From IMG/VR virus record IMGVR_UViG_3300046002_006897: DNA of 64,000 bases, one strand, 5' to 3'. Positions 1 through 10,771 of the stretch are shown here, one piece after another. Positions within the stretch are counted from its first letter, which is position 1. Each line of letters opens with the position of its first letter. Position numbers and translations under genes: made by a program. The notes under the pieces are model-generated. The model was not told where the DNA came from. It made no database searches and saw only the letters and a list, made by a program, of their open reading frames with translations. This DNA comes from an uncultured virus (IMG/VR IMGVR_UViG_3300046002_006897) (lineage: Duplodnaviria; Heunggongvirae; Uroviricota; Caudoviricetes).

Positions 1-3
1 TCG

Positions 4-438
4 GTGTACACATTTGAACCCGACTTGGAAAATTGGCAAGCCCTTGAAAAAAATTTGGTCGGTATAAATAATATACATGCAAAAAATTGCGCGCTTGGAG
101 CAATTCCGGGAAAAGTATCAATAGATAGACTGAAACCGAATAATGTTGGAGCGCACCAAGTTAAAGATGGGGCGGACACAGAAAGAATAACTATAGATAG
201 TTTAAATTTGTCCGAAGTTAGTCTTATACAACTGGACGTGGAGGGAAGTGAACATGATGCGATATTGGGAGCAAAAGCTACTTTATTGCGAAGTAATCCT
301 ATTGTTGTATTGGAGTTAAAGGGGTTGGGAAAGCGGTATGGACATTCCGACGCAAATACGGTAAAACTGCTCGGAGAGTTGGGATTTTCTCATATAAAAA
401 CCATCAAGCGCGACTGGGTATTTTCGAAACTTTCTTGA
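4..438 (+). CDS. FkbM-family methyltransferase (5'-truncated by window)
   Basis: FEP..N, LGA and IQLDVEGSE motifs typical of FkbM. Confidence 0.8.
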   Translation: MYTFEPDLENWQALEKNLVGINNIHAKNCALGAIPGKVSIDRLKPNNVGAHQVKDGADTERITIDSLNLSEVSLIQLDVEGSEHDAILGAKATLLRSNPIVVLELKGLGKRYGHSDANTVKLLGELGFSHIKTIKRDWVFSKLS

Positions 439-468
439 CATCTAATAAAAATTATCTAAGATGGGTAT

Positions 469-915
469 ATGAAACCCAATTTATTTGTTATGGTAGGAAT
501 TAGCGGCTCTGGAAAGAGCACCTATTCCAACAAGTTGAAGACCGACTTTTCAGCCGAACTGGTCGAGACCGATGCAATTCGCGTGGAATTGAGCGGAGAT
601 GCACAAGACCAGACCCAAAATGGTCGAGTATTTTCCGTTGCCAAGGACCGCGTCGCGAAGTATTTGGCGGAGGGAAAGAATGTTATTATCGACGCGACCA
701 GTCTGTCTATCAAGGACCGTAAGGATTGGGTCGAGATTGGCAAAGCCAACTCGGCGCTCATCAATGCTTATTTTGTAGATACGCCAGTCAATGTCGCTAA
801 ACAGAGAAATTCTTCTCGTTTGCGCCAAGTTCCGGAGTGGGTTATCGACAAGCAAGCATCTAAGCTACACGCCCCGACTCGTTCTGAGGGATTTGATGCG
901 GTTTCCGTGGTATAA
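469..915 (+). CDS. AAA_33 P-loop kinase, polynucleotide-kinase-like
   Basis: MVGISGSGKST, D.IR, VIIDAT, RN..R.R.VP. Confidence 0.8.
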   Translation: MKPNLFVMVGISGSGKSTYSNKLKTDFSAELVETDAIRVELSGDAQDQTQNGRVFSVAKDRVAKYLAEGKNVIIDATSLSIKDRKDWVEIGKANSALINAYFVDTPVNVAKQRNSSRLRQVPEWVIDKQASKLHAPTRSEGFDAVSVV

Positions 916-937
916 CACCGAGTCAAACTGTTCCAAT

Positions 938-3493
938 ATGTACCAAGCTATTTACTGCGAGCACAAGACCGGCATTGTTCATCTATGGGACGATATAAAT
1001 GGATATGTAAATTTTAAACACAAGCCATACGCATATAAACGTTCCCAAAATGGGAAGTATATGTCGATTTATGGCGATAAGCTAGACCGGGTAGAGAAGT
1101 ATAATTTCAAAGACCCATCATTATTTGAATCCGACGTTCCGTGGGATACCCGCGTTCTGATTGATGCGTACACCGACAGTGATGAAATGAGCATAAATCA
1201 CCGGATTGCAATTTTGGACATTGAAACGGATTCCACCGGAGGATATCCCAACATAGAAATTCCGGAGCAAAAAATCACCGCTATTGCATTGAGGGATGAT
1301 GCGAACGACAAGTATTACTGTCTTGTTTTGGACGAGGAAAACGTTGTGGCGGACGAAGTGACCGGAAATATTAATATTTTAGGATATCGAACTGAGCAGT
1401 CACTGTTGACGGAGTTTCTTAAGAGATGGCGCAGCGTGAACCCGACGATTGCCACTGGGTGGAATACTGATGGATTTGACTTCATGTATCTATCGGCTCG
1501 ATTGGACGCCGTGTTAGGAGATGGCGCAAAAAATGGTTTATCTCCTATCAATGTTTGCTATTTCAATAAATATAAAGACAAGATGACGATTGCCGGAGTC
1601 AATTGTCTGGATTATCTTGTTCTATATAAAAAGTATAGCGGAAAGAACCTACCAAACTATCGACTAGATACCGTCGCAAAAGAGGAGTTGAAAGAGGGAA
1701 AGATTGTGTATCAAGGGTCGCTTGATAGCTTAAAACGCACAGACATTAAAAAATTCATCGAGTATAATTTACACGACGTTGTGTTAATCAAACGACTGAA
1801 TGATTCTCTCCAATTTATTGAATTGGCGATGTCGATTTGTCACGTATGTCACGTGGGTTATGAAGAGTTTCATGTGTCGTCCAAATTCTTGGAAGGCGCG
1901 TTGCTAACGTATCTTAGGAGAAAGCATTTGGTTGCACCAAACAAACGACCAAAGTCCGAAGAAGATATAGACGATTTAGCAATTTCCGACGGAGATGATG
2001 ATGACGACGACGTTGGATTTGAGGGTGCTTATGTAAAAGACCCAATCCCCGGTAGATACGATTGGATTTGTAGCGCGGACATCAATTCGCTGTATCCATC
2101 GGTTATTATGAGTTTGAATATTTCGCCCGAGACAAAGCTGGATGTTATAGCCGAGTGGAGTCCTGAGAAATTAATCAAGAAGTCTGCCGATACAATTCAA
2201 TTTGCCGGTGACCCATATACATACGCACAGTTCTCGGAAATTGTGACGGAGAACAATCTATCTGTGAGTTCAAACGGCGTAGTTTACGATCAAAACAAGC
2301 TCGGTTGTATTCCCGATATTTTGAAAACGTGGTTCGCCGAACGTCTGGAGTTTAAAACCAAGATGAAAGACGCGAGCAATCGCATGAAGAAAAGTAATTC
2401 ACCGGAGGATAAGGCTGACTACGTTTTCTGGAAGAGGCGACAACACGTGCAGAAGATTCTGTTGAATTCTCTGTATGGTGTATTGGGATTGTCTGTGTTT
2501 AGATTTTACGACTTAGACAATGCCGCCGCAGTTACATTAACTGGGCAAGATATCATTAAAACTTCGGCGAAGTACGTAAATGGTAAATTCAATAAACGTT
2601 GCAATAGTACAGACAAGGACTATGTAGTTTACATTGATACCGACTCATTGTACTTGGACATAAACTCGCTGGCAATACATGACAAAATTGTGGACATTAA
2701 ACCGTACGCAATTAAAACTATCAAAGAAGTTGAGGCGGATTTAAATAATTTTTACGTCGTCATGATGTTGAGAATGTTCAACTCGACCGACAATCGAATC
2801 AAAATCGCCGCCGATGTTGTGGCACAGTCCGCTTTCTGGGTTGTTAAAAAGCGTTATGCCATGCATAAAGTGTATAACATGGAAGAAAGCAAAGACATGG
2901 ACGACATTGAAATCAAGGGACTAGACGTTGTTAGGTCGTCTTATCCGAGGAAATTCCGAGATTTCATGAGTTCTGTATTGTCCGATATTCTCAAAGGTAC
3001 TACTAATTTGGCTCTAAACACTAAGGTATTGGAGTTCAAGCGAACAATGCCATCATTCAATTTAGAGGACGTGGCAAAAAATACATCCGTTAGATTCATC
3101 TCAAATACTGCCGCTAAGACAAACTTTAATCCACCAAGCCGGGAGCCATTCCAGTTTGTGTATGGGGCCACGGCACAATGTAAAGCTTCACTTGCATATA
3201 ACGACATGTTGAAGAATTATAATGAGGGTGGAACCGAGCCGATATTGAGCGGAGGAAAAATCAAGTGGGTTTATCTCAGAGACAATCCATTTGGGTTGAA
3301 TGGTATGGCGTTCAAAGATGACGGAAAAGACCCACAAGTAATAATGGATTTTATTTTGACATACATCGACCGAGAAGCTATATGGAACTCGGAATTGGAA
3401 AAGAAATTGAAAGCATTCTACGAAGCATTGCGTTGGGATTTTTATTGCGACGAAATTGAGGCCGTTCAACAATTTTTCACATTTGACGATTAA
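938..3493 (+). CDS. Family B DNA polymerase (T4 gp43-like)
   Basis: DIETD exonuclease motif, DINSLYPS, KILLNSLYG, YIDTDS; probable start is the ATG at 938, after the kinase stop. Confidence 0.95.
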   Translation: MYQAIYCEHKTGIVHLWDDINGYVNFKHKPYAYKRSQNGKYMSIYGDKLDRVEKYNFKDPSLFESDVPWDTRVLIDAYTDSDEMSINHRIAILDIETDSTGGYPNIEIPEQKITAIALRDDANDKYYCLVLDEENVVADEVTGNINILGYRTEQSLLTEFLKRWRSVNPTIATGWNTDGFDFMYLSARLDAVLGDGAKNGLSPINVCYFNKYKDKMTIAGVNCLDYLVLYKKYSGKNLPNYRLDTVAKEELKEGKIVYQGSLDSLKRTDIKKFIEYNLHDVVLIKRLNDSLQFIELAMSICHVCHVGYEEFHVSSKFLEGALLTYLRRKHLVAPNKRPKSEEDIDDLAISDGDDDDDDVGFEGAYVKDPIPGRYDWICSADINSLYPSVIMSLNISPETKLDVIAEWSPEKLIKKSADTIQFAGDPYTYAQFSEIVTENNLSVSSNGVVYDQNKLGCIPDILKTWFAERLEFKTKMKDASNRMKKSNSPEDKADYVFWKRRQHVQKILLNSLYGVLGLSVFRFYDLDNAAAVTLTGQDIIKTSAKYVNGKFNKRCNSTDKDYVVYIDTDSLYLDINSLAIHDKIVDIKPYAIKTIKEVEADLNNFYVVMMLRMFNSTDNRIKIAADVVAQSAFWVVKKRYAMHKVYNMEESKDMDDIEIKGLDVVRSSYPRKFRDFMSSVLSDILKGTTNLALNTKVLEFKRTMPSFNLEDVAKNTSVRFISNTAAKTNFNPPSREPFQFVYGATAQCKASLAYNDMLKNYNEGGTEPILSGGKIKWVYLRDNPFGLNGMAFKDDGKDPQVIMDFILTYIDREAIWNSELEKKLKAFYEALRWDFYCDEIEAVQQFFTFDD

Positions 3494-3538
3494 CGTTGAC
3501 AAACGTTCTTGGAAATGTAACATCGAACAATATTTATT

Positions 3539-4258
3539 ATGCAAAAAAGCAGCCTACTACGTTTTATTGAGCTATATAATCTATCCGGCACGGTAGAAAA
3601 AGTTAAGTTGGTTTCTGACGGAACCAACCTAAAAGCTAAAATTGTGACCGACGATAAAAGTTTGGCCGGATGCATCGAATACAAAAATTTACCAATCGAG
3701 GCCGGGGAATATGCAGTCCATGATACTGCACAACTCAAAAAGATGCTGAGTATTTTCGATGACACATTGAATATCGGAATCGACAAGGTAAACGGAAGAA
3801 ATGTAAGTTTTTCTTTTAAGGACAAGACAGCAGAATCTTTGTATATGTTGGCCGATTTGTCGGTTATCCCCAGAACAGTGAGTGTTCCAAACACCATTGT
3901 ATTCGACTTGGAACTTGCACTGGATGATAGTTTTATGGAAAGATTCATTCGGGCTAAGTCCGCGCTGTTGGAGGCCGAAACATTCACCATAATGATGAAT
4001 GACAAGGGAGCGGTCGAAGTAATCGTTGGACACAGTAACATCAATAGCAATAGGATTAAGTTGGTGGCAACACCAGTCGGAGTGCCCGCTCCCAAGAAGG
4101 ATATCACCTTTAATGCCAACTATTTCAAGGATATTTTGTTAAGAAACCGTGGAACGCCAAGTGTATTGAAAATCAACACCGACGGAATCGGACACGTGAA
4201 TTTCACGTGCGCAGATTATGTTGCCGATTACTATTTGTTAAAGACCGCGATTAAATAA
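3539..4258 (+). CDS. Sliding clamp (gp45/PCNA-like)
   Basis: 239 aa, lies between polymerase and clamp loader, beta-rich, ends in DYYL. Confidence 0.7.
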   Translation: MQKSSLLRFIELYNLSGTVEKVKLVSDGTNLKAKIVTDDKSLAGCIEYKNLPIEAGEYAVHDTAQLKKMLSIFDDTLNIGIDKVNGRNVSFSFKDKTAESLYMLADLSVIPRTVSVPNTIVFDLELALDDSFMERFIRAKSALLEAETFTIMMNDKGAVEVIVGHSNINSNRIKLVATPVGVPAPKKDITFNANYFKDILLRNRGTPSVLKINTDGIGHVNFTCADYVADYYLLKTAIK

Positions 4259-4259
4259 T

Positions 4260-5213
4260 ATGAGTTTTATAGAAATAGACGAAACTGCACAATCTCCAGT
4301 AGCACATACTCTCTGGGTGGAGAAGTATAGACCTATTGGACTTGACCAATATGTTGGAAACGACACACTAAAAGCAAAAATAAAACAATATATCGCGAAT
4401 AATGATATTCCACATCTGTTGTTTTATGGAAGTGCGGGAACAGGCAAGACGACATTAGCAAAACTAATTGCTAGCAGCATCAAATGTGATGTAATGTATA
4501 TCAACGCATCGGATGAAAATGGAATCGAGACGGTTCGCGTAAAAATCAAGAATTTCGCGTCTACAATTGGATTCAACAATTTGAAGATTATTATATTGGA
4601 TGAGGCCGACTATTTTACTCCAGCCGGTCAAGCTGGTTTGCGTAATACGATGGAAACTTTCAGTGAACATACTAGGTTTATATTAACCGCAAACCATCAC
4701 GAGAGAATAGTTGACCCGATTATTTCTCGCTGCCAACTATTCTCAATTACTCCACCGTCGAAAAACGAAGTGGCGATGACGCTATTAAGAATATTGACCG
4801 CAGAAAATGTGAAGTTCGAGAAAAAGGACATCGCGTTAATCGTTCAATCTCATTACCCAGATATCCGGGCGGTGATAAACACAGCCCAGCGGAATGTGAT
4901 TAGCGGCGAATTGAAAGTGGCAACGGAGGATGTTGCGCAGGGCGACCTTAAAACGAAGCTACTGGCACACTTGATGAATAAAGATACGAAACGGGCGTTC
5001 ACGGACATTCGGCAATTGATGGCGAATAATTCAATCAAAAGTTATTCCGATTTTTATACATATATGTACGAACAAGTTGAAGTATATGCACCCGAGAATG
5101 TCGTGGAAGTTGTTGTTATTCTGGCCGACAGCCAGTTCCAAGACGCACAGGTTGTAGACAAGGAAATTTGTTTCGCCGCGTGTATCAGCAAAGTTTTAAA
5201 TTCAACCAAATAA
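4260..5213 (+). CDS. Clamp loader ATPase subunit (gp44/RFC small subunit-like)
   Basis: LWVEKYRP, GSAGTGKTT, NASDE, LDEAD and SRC motifs. Confidence 0.95.
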   Translation: MSFIEIDETAQSPVAHTLWVEKYRPIGLDQYVGNDTLKAKIKQYIANNDIPHLLFYGSAGTGKTTLAKLIASSIKCDVMYINASDENGIETVRVKIKNFASTIGFNNLKIIILDEADYFTPAGQAGLRNTMETFSEHTRFILTANHHERIVDPIISRCQLFSITPPSKNEVAMTLLRILTAENVKFEKKDIALIVQSHYPDIRAVINTAQRNVISGELKVATEDVAQGDLKTKLLAHLMNKDTKRAFTDIRQLMANNSIKSYSDFYTYMYEQVEVYAPENVVEVVVILADSQFQDAQVVDKEICFAACISKVLNSTK

Positions 5214-5217
5214 AATT

Positions 5218-5619
5218 ATGTATTCAGCAGTATTATTAGACGAAAAATCTCAACTTGCTCTATCAGCATGGGCAGATAAAAATATCAAAATCAATGGCGT
5301 TAGATTACCCATTGTTGTTCGTGACAATGGTTGGAAAATGATTTGTCATCATATGACAATAAAGTTTGGCGGCACTCCCGAGTTTGTTAAACAATATCTT
5401 GGCACAGAACAAAACCTTGAAATCACTCATTATGGAATGAGTGACAAGGCTGTTGCTGTGCGTGTTGTTGGTTTTCATAGTGAAAACAAAATTCCTCATA
5501 TCACTGTGGCAGTAAATGTTAAAAATGGTGGAAAGCCAGTTGACAGCAACAAAATCACTGAATGGCTTACAGTTGAAAAAGGACCAACGCTAAAAGGCGT
5601 CGTGACAGAACTACAATGA
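5218..5619 (+). CDS. 2H phosphoesterase (cyclic phosphodiesterase-like)
   Basis: Two HxT motifs, HMT and HIT. Confidence 0.7.
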   Translation: MYSAVLLDEKSQLALSAWADKNIKINGVRLPIVVRDNGWKMICHHMTIKFGGTPEFVKQYLGTEQNLEITHYGMSDKAVAVRVVGFHSENKIPHITVAVNVKNGGKPVDSNKITEWLTVEKGPTLKGVVTELQ

Positions 5620-5834
5620 AAATCAACGACGCTGTATTCTTCACAGACAACACAACTGTTCGTCTGGAAACTGACAAGGGCAACTTTTATCTCACCGATA
5701 AAGGCAAGTTTTATAACATGCATCCGATAAACGTGATGGCAGATGAAATCAAGGTAGCAGAATTGAAAGAAATCAAATCTGTTGCCAAAAAGGGTGGATA
5801 TAAAAACGACAAAGAAGTGAAGAAATGGTTATGA
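5616..5834 (+). CDS. hypothetical protein
   Basis: ATGA overlap with the upstream gene. Confidence 0.6.
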   Translation: MKINDAVFFTDNTTVRLETDKGNFYLTDKGKFYNMHPINVMADEIKVAELKEIKSVAKKGGYKNDKEVKKWL

Positions 5835-6733
5835 ATAAAGACAATGTAAGTGGACTAATTATAGGTTCTCTTGTAGGCGATGCACTTGGAGTACCGGTAG
5901 AATTTCGTCCACGGGAAGTTTTGCGTCAAAATCCCGTCGTTGACATGCGTTCGTTTGGCACACATTTTCAACCAAAAGGAACATGGTCGGATGATGGTTC
6001 ATTACTTCTTATAACATTGGAGACGCTTATAAACAAGGAACCACCGGTCGAAGCATTGAAAAAGTTCGTGAAATGGGTCAACGAGGGATATTGGACTGCA
6101 CACGGCGACGCATTTGATATTGGAAACACCACAGCAGACGCAATAGCGGGCTTTATGCAGCACGGTAAGCCTTCCGCCCCCCATACGCCACAAAGCAACG
6201 GAAATGGCGCATTAATGAGGATTGCGCCACTTGCTCTGTTCGTGGATTCAAAGCATACAAAACCGGAAGAGTTATATAAACTCTGTGGAGAATGGTCTGC
6301 ACTTACCCATGGACATGAAATATCGGCATTTGCCTGCACTTATTATACAATGTTGATTTCTCTTATTCTAAGTGGATGTTCATTGTCGGAGGCTCACTTG
6401 TATACTTGCTCATTGACTGAAAAATTCGCACCAAAAGAATTTGATAGATTATTGAGTTCGATAAAGCACATCTCAGATTACAACCTAGAAGATATAAAGT
6501 CTGATGGGTATTGTCTACACACACTGGAAGCGGCAGTTTGGGCAGCATTCAATAGTCCATCTTACAAAGACAGTGTGTTGATGGCAGTAAATATGGGAGA
6601 AGACACGGACACGACTGCGAGCGTGTGTGGAGGAATCTTGGGGGCATATTATGGAAAATCTGCAATACCTAAAGAATGGGTACAATCTCTGGCAAGACTA
6701 AATGATATTGAAAACTTAATCGCAAAAATATGA
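5825..6733 (+). CDS. ADP-ribosylglycohydrolase (ARH/DraG family)
   Basis: GDALG, WSDD, GNGALMRIAP, GEDTDT. Confidence 0.95.
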   Translation: MVMNKDNVSGLIIGSLVGDALGVPVEFRPREVLRQNPVVDMRSFGTHFQPKGTWSDDGSLLLITLETLINKEPPVEALKKFVKWVNEGYWTAHGDAFDIGNTTADAIAGFMQHGKPSAPHTPQSNGNGALMRIAPLALFVDSKHTKPEELYKLCGEWSALTHGHEISAFACTYYTMLISLILSGCSLSEAHLYTCSLTEKFAPKEFDRLLSSIKHISDYNLEDIKSDGYCLHTLEAAVWAAFNSPSYKDSVLMAVNMGEDTDTTASVCGGILGAYYGKSAIPKEWVQSLARLNDIENLIAKI

Positions 6734-7029
6734 AATCTAAACTTGACCAAATGTACAATGAGATTGAAACCGGATGGAATGTCGGTCTAAAAAAGCTTAG
6801 AGAAGGAAGCACCCCCTTGACCGAAAGCGCACGAAAGTCGATAGAAGAAACAAGAAATAACGTTGTGGAAGACATGCGCGATGCAAACATATATAGACAC
6901 ATTGGAGTTCCGGGTGCAGCGGAATCTTCGGACCCCGGCGATGATATTGAACATTGGCAAGAAATATATGACTGGTGTTCTCGAATATTATCTATAATAG
7001 ACGAAATGTTAGCACATAAAACTATATGA
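6730..7029 (+). CDS. hypothetical protein
   Basis: Translationally coupled ORF. Confidence 0.6.
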   Translation: MKSKLDQMYNEIETGWNVGLKKLREGSTPLTESARKSIEETRNNVVEDMRDANIYRHIGVPGAAESSDPGDDIEHWQEIYDWCSRILSIIDEMLAHKTI

Positions 7030-7283
7030 ATCGTCGTAGATTTCTAACAACATTGTTTGGGTTGGCAGCGGCTCCTGTTATAGTAGCGAGAGTATTGTCG
7101 GCACCACCCAAGCCGACATTATTGGCTTTCAAAGGAAAGCGGTTTATGGAGACTGGATATGTATATGCTCCATACATTCCAATGCTTATTACACCGATGA
7201 TAGATATAAAACCAATGAGAAACTCACCACTCGGTAAAGTATTTTACATGAATAAGTATTATACAAAACATACAACCTTGTGA
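7026..7283 (+). CDS. Small protein with Tat-like signal and gp23-like segment
   Basis: MNRRRFL plus hydrophobic stretch; FKG..FMETGYVYAPYIP. Confidence 0.55.
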   Translation: MNRRRFLTTLFGLAAAPVIVARVLSAPPKPTLLAFKGKRFMETGYVYAPYIPMLITPMIDIKPMRNSPLGKVFYMNKYYTKHTTL

Positions 7284-7579
7284 TTACTGTCGTAAACAAA
7301 TACAAACACACTCCAACACCAAATGATATTTATATTGGTCGCGGCTCTGCATTTGGAAATCCATATGTGATTGGCAGTGAATATACACGAGATAAAGCAG
7401 TGGATGCATATTGTACATACTTGAATGCCAAGCGGCAATATAATGCACAATTTAGACATGAACTGCAAAAGATTGCCGACAAAGCAAAGATAAGTGACAT
7501 AAACCTCGTGTGTTATTGCAAGCCACAAAGATGTCATGGAGATATTTTGAAAGAATTGTTAGAGTCGGAGTATTTATAG
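7280..7579 (+). CDS. DUF4326 family protein
   Basis: IYIGRGS.FGNPY, L.CYCKP..CHGD. Confidence 0.85.
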   Translation: MITVVNKYKHTPTPNDIYIGRGSAFGNPYVIGSEYTRDKAVDAYCTYLNAKRQYNAQFRHELQKIADKAKISDINLVCYCKPQRCHGDILKELLESEYL

Positions 7580-7683
7580 AAATATTTCTTTATTATATAT
7601 TGACAATTTCAATATTTGAAACATAGTTATACTTCGAAGTCACCATTGTGGTGCTAGTAACTAAAATAACAAAAGGTTGAAAT

Positions 7684-8595
7684 ATGTCATATAAACATGG
7701 TATTGGTATGTCCGTTTGCATAAATGGACGAGCAACAAAGGAATATTCTAAAGATGGAACTTCCTTTATAGAAGCAAGGCATGGTACTAATTATACCGTG
7801 AAACTCAAAAACGATAATGGCTATAAAGTAATGGCTGTATTGTCGGTAGATGGATTGGATGTTGTTACAGGCAAACCAGCCGAAGACAGTAACAAAGGCT
7901 ATATTCTTGATCCATACAGCAGTGTAGAAATAAAAGGCTACAGAATCAGCGACAAAGAATCTGCGGCATTTATTTTTACAAGCAAAGGCAAGAGTTATGT
8001 ACAACAAACAAGCGGAGATGCCAGAAATTCTGGTGTAATTGGTGTAAGAGTATTTGGTGAAAAATCAAAACCTCAACCAATTTCGCAACCATATCCGGTG
8101 AGTCCGTGGAATCCATTTCCATATTCAATATCTTATGCAACAGGTAGTGGTTTTACGCAAACATATACAAACTATGTTTCTACGGGCGGTACAACTACTT
8201 GTGCAACAAATGCCGCAACATACACCACATCCAACAATACTCTTGGATGTTATGGAACAAATGCCGCAACATTTACTACCGAAACCGCAATCACAAGCAG
8301 AAATCTCGGACTAAATACCAGATCGGCAATATCAAATACATTTGATACTCCGTTGAGTTACAAACAATTTGACACTGGTACTGGTTGGGGCAAAAAGTTG
8401 GACGACAGAGTAAAAAAAGAATACTTTGATAAAGGAGAACTTCTTGCCGAGATTGTGTCTTATTATGCTTCACGCGAAGCATTGGAAACTATGGGAATTG
8501 ATTTGTCTGATAGTCCAAGAGTTACCGAAGAAGAAAAAAAGCCACAGGCATTTGGTAGCAAATATTGCCAACCACCAACTGGATGGGTCGGCTAA
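7684..8595 (+). CDS. Conserved hypothetical protein
   Basis: Long ORF behind a TTGACA-type promoter; SVDGLDV, GVIGVRVF. Confidence 0.65.
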   Translation: MSYKHGIGMSVCINGRATKEYSKDGTSFIEARHGTNYTVKLKNDNGYKVMAVLSVDGLDVVTGKPAEDSNKGYILDPYSSVEIKGYRISDKESAAFIFTSKGKSYVQQTSGDARNSGVIGVRVFGEKSKPQPISQPYPVSPWNPFPYSISYATGSGFTQTYTNYVSTGGTTTCATNAATYTTSNNTLGCYGTNAATFTTETAITSRNLGLNTRSAISNTFDTPLSYKQFDTGTGWGKKLDDRVKKEYFDKGELLAEIVSYYASREALETMGIDLSDSPRVTEEEKKPQAFGSKYCQPPTGWVG

Positions 8596-8624
8596 AAAAT
8601 AAACAATCAAATACAAAACTTTAT

Positions 8625-9317
8625 ATGAAAAAAATTATTCACGCACTAACAATCATCGACAAATCAAGCAGTATGAATCCTTATCGCTCTCGTACCATTG
8701 AAGGGATCAATGAAAATATCAACGCTCTCAAAAAAGAAGTAGATGCCGACACGGACATTCTTAATACTCAACTTCAATTCAGTGCAACTGGAAATTCTTG
8801 GGGATGGAATGGGGGAGCAAAAACCCAAGAAACGGACTTAAAGTTTGTTCGGGTTGGTCAAAAGGTACAAGAATTGACGGATATGACCAATGAACAATAT
8901 GAACCAGCGGGCGGCACTCCATTACTTGATGCTATTGGTCTTGGTATTGAAAAAGTAAAAGATTTCCACGGTGACAAGCTCGGTGAAGATAATCTCAAGA
9001 TCATTGTGACAATCTTTACTGACGGAGAAGAAAACTCGTCCATCAAGCATGATCGCGCAAGTATCAAGAAGATGATTGATCATTTTCAATCTGATGGAAA
9101 GTGGACTTTCACTTTCGTTGGCTGTGGATCGTTTGATAATGTAGCGGCAACATCTGCTGCTATGGGGATAAATGCCGCCAATACGATTGCAGTCGCTGAC
9201 AGTGACGCAGGAAGATCAGTTGCCAATGCTAAAATTGCAACCTCATATACAAACTATGTAAGGTCTGCAAAATTGGGAGTGGTTGACAACGACCTGTTTA
9301 CAGAAAAAAGTCTATAA
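8625..9317 (+). CDS. von Willebrand factor A domain protein
   Basis: MIDAS elements DKSSSM, GGTPLLDA, TDGEEN. Confidence 0.9.
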   Translation: MKKIIHALTIIDKSSSMNPYRSRTIEGINENINALKKEVDADTDILNTQLQFSATGNSWGWNGGAKTQETDLKFVRVGQKVQELTDMTNEQYEPAGGTPLLDAIGLGIEKVKDFHGDKLGEDNLKIIVTIFTDGEENSSIKHDRASIKKMIDHFQSDGKWTFTFVGCGSFDNVAATSAAMGINAANTIAVADSDAGRSVANAKIATSYTNYVRSAKLGVVDNDLFTEKSL

Positions 9318-9321
9318 TACG

Positions 9322-9347
9322 AAAACCCACCTTTCGGTGGGTTTTTT
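9322..9347 (+). terminator. Intrinsic terminator
   Basis: AAAACCCACC-TTTC-GGTGGGTTTTTT. Confidence 0.85.
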
Positions 9348-9385
9348 ATTGACTTATTGTTATTTTGGTTCATGGTAATACAATT

Positions 9386-10411
9386 ATGAGTGAACGTAAA
9401 TTAGCATCAATCCAGAAAATAACGGAAATCCTACCAATTGACGGTGCGGATAAGATTGTGTGTGTAAAAATTCTGGGGTGGCAATGCGTGGCACTAAAGA
9501 CTGAATTCAAAGTTAATGACCTTTGTGTTTTTTTTGAAATAGATAGTGTTCTTCCCATCGCACAATGGAATGATCATTTGAGAAAAGAACCAAACAAGCA
9601 ATTGCGTATAAAAACTATACGTTTGAGAGGCACATTGAGTCAAGGTCTTGCCATGCCACTTTCTATTCTTCCAGACGGACAATATGAAGTAGGTCAAGAT
9701 GTTACACAATTGGTTGGCGTAACCAAATATGAACCATTTGTTCCAGCACATCTATCTGGTGTGGCCAAAGGAAACTTTCCAGCATTTTTACACAAAACCG
9801 ATGAACCTCGTTTACAATCCAGCCCTAATGTCTTACAAGAAGCCATTGACAAAAATCTTGTGCTTGTTGGCACACTCAAAATGGACGGTACAAGTTTTAC
9901 TGCGTATCGAAGAGACGCTGATTTTGGCGTGTGTTCTCGCAACTTGGATTTGACGCAAACAGAGGACAATGCTCATTGGAAGATGGCTCGCAAGATCAAA
10001 CTTGAAGAAATTCTTCGCAGTGAATCTCGCAATCTTTGTGTACAAGGTGAAATGGTTGGTCCCGGTATTCAAGCCAACCGTCTTGGATTCAAAGAAGTTG
10101 AACTGCATTTATTCAATTTGTATGACATCGACACAGGCAAGTATTTTAGTCATAACGAATTGATTGAATTTGGAAAGAAGCACAATATAAAAGTTGTTGA
10201 AACACTTAGTGTTATTCAGTTTAGTAATGATATGGCACCCAGAGATGTTAATTATCTTTTGAACATTGCCAATGAGCTAAACTATTCCAACGGCACTCCC
10301 GCAGAAGGTATTGTTTGGCGTCCAACCGTTGAAACATACAGCGAAGTTCTTAAAGGTCGCATGAGTTTCAAGACCATCAGTAACCGTTACTTGGAAAAAT
10401 ACAAAGAATGA
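9386..10411 (+). CDS. RNA ligase, DRB0094-type
   Basis: N-terminal OB-like RKLASIQ..GAD segment, LSQGL, KTDE, KMDGTS, QGE, EGIV, SFK.IS. Confidence 0.9.
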   Translation: MSERKLASIQKITEILPIDGADKIVCVKILGWQCVALKTEFKVNDLCVFFEIDSVLPIAQWNDHLRKEPNKQLRIKTIRLRGTLSQGLAMPLSILPDGQYEVGQDVTQLVGVTKYEPFVPAHLSGVAKGNFPAFLHKTDEPRLQSSPNVLQEAIDKNLVLVGTLKMDGTSFTAYRRDADFGVCSRNLDLTQTEDNAHWKMARKIKLEEILRSESRNLCVQGEMVGPGIQANRLGFKEVELHLFNLYDIDTGKYFSHNELIEFGKKHNIKVVETLSVIQFSNDMAPRDVNYLLNIANELNYSNGTPAEGIVWRPTVETYSEVLKGRMSFKTISNRYLEKYKE

Positions 10412-10662
10412 AAACTTATAAAGGTTTTATCTTTGGACCAAATAAAATACCCAAGAAAGGCGATGCTTTGCTTTGGGTAATAGGAGACAGAGTGATCAAT
10501 GGCGAGTGGCATCTGAAGGTTTCAGCCGACAATCTCACCGCCGTTGTTCCATATACAGGCCAAACTGTTTATAACCTGCGTGCTGCTCCTTATGAGATGG
10601 GCCATGATTATAATGATGTGCTGAAAAGGGTCGAAGCGACTCTTGGCAATCAAACATACTAA
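10408..10662 (+). CDS. hypothetical protein
   Basis: Coupled ORF. Confidence 0.55.
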   Translation: MKTYKGFIFGPNKIPKKGDALLWVIGDRVINGEWHLKVSADNLTAVVPYTGQTVYNLRAAPYEMGHDYNDVLKRVEATLGNQTY

Positions 10663-10771
10663 CAAATATCTCTTCATGATATTATGAGCACTGAATTGCA
10701 TGTAAAGTTGTTATAATAAGTGATTTATGTAAAAAAATGCAAAAAAGATGATATTTTTCGAAAAAAGTGTT

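Noticed and set aside
938..3493. Intein or intron in the DNA polymerase
   Set aside because: Length and motif spacing are normal. There is only a short acidic low-complexity loop.
3490..4119. 209-aa antisense ORF and similar long antisense ORFs
   Set aside because: They are shadows of well-supported plus-strand genes.
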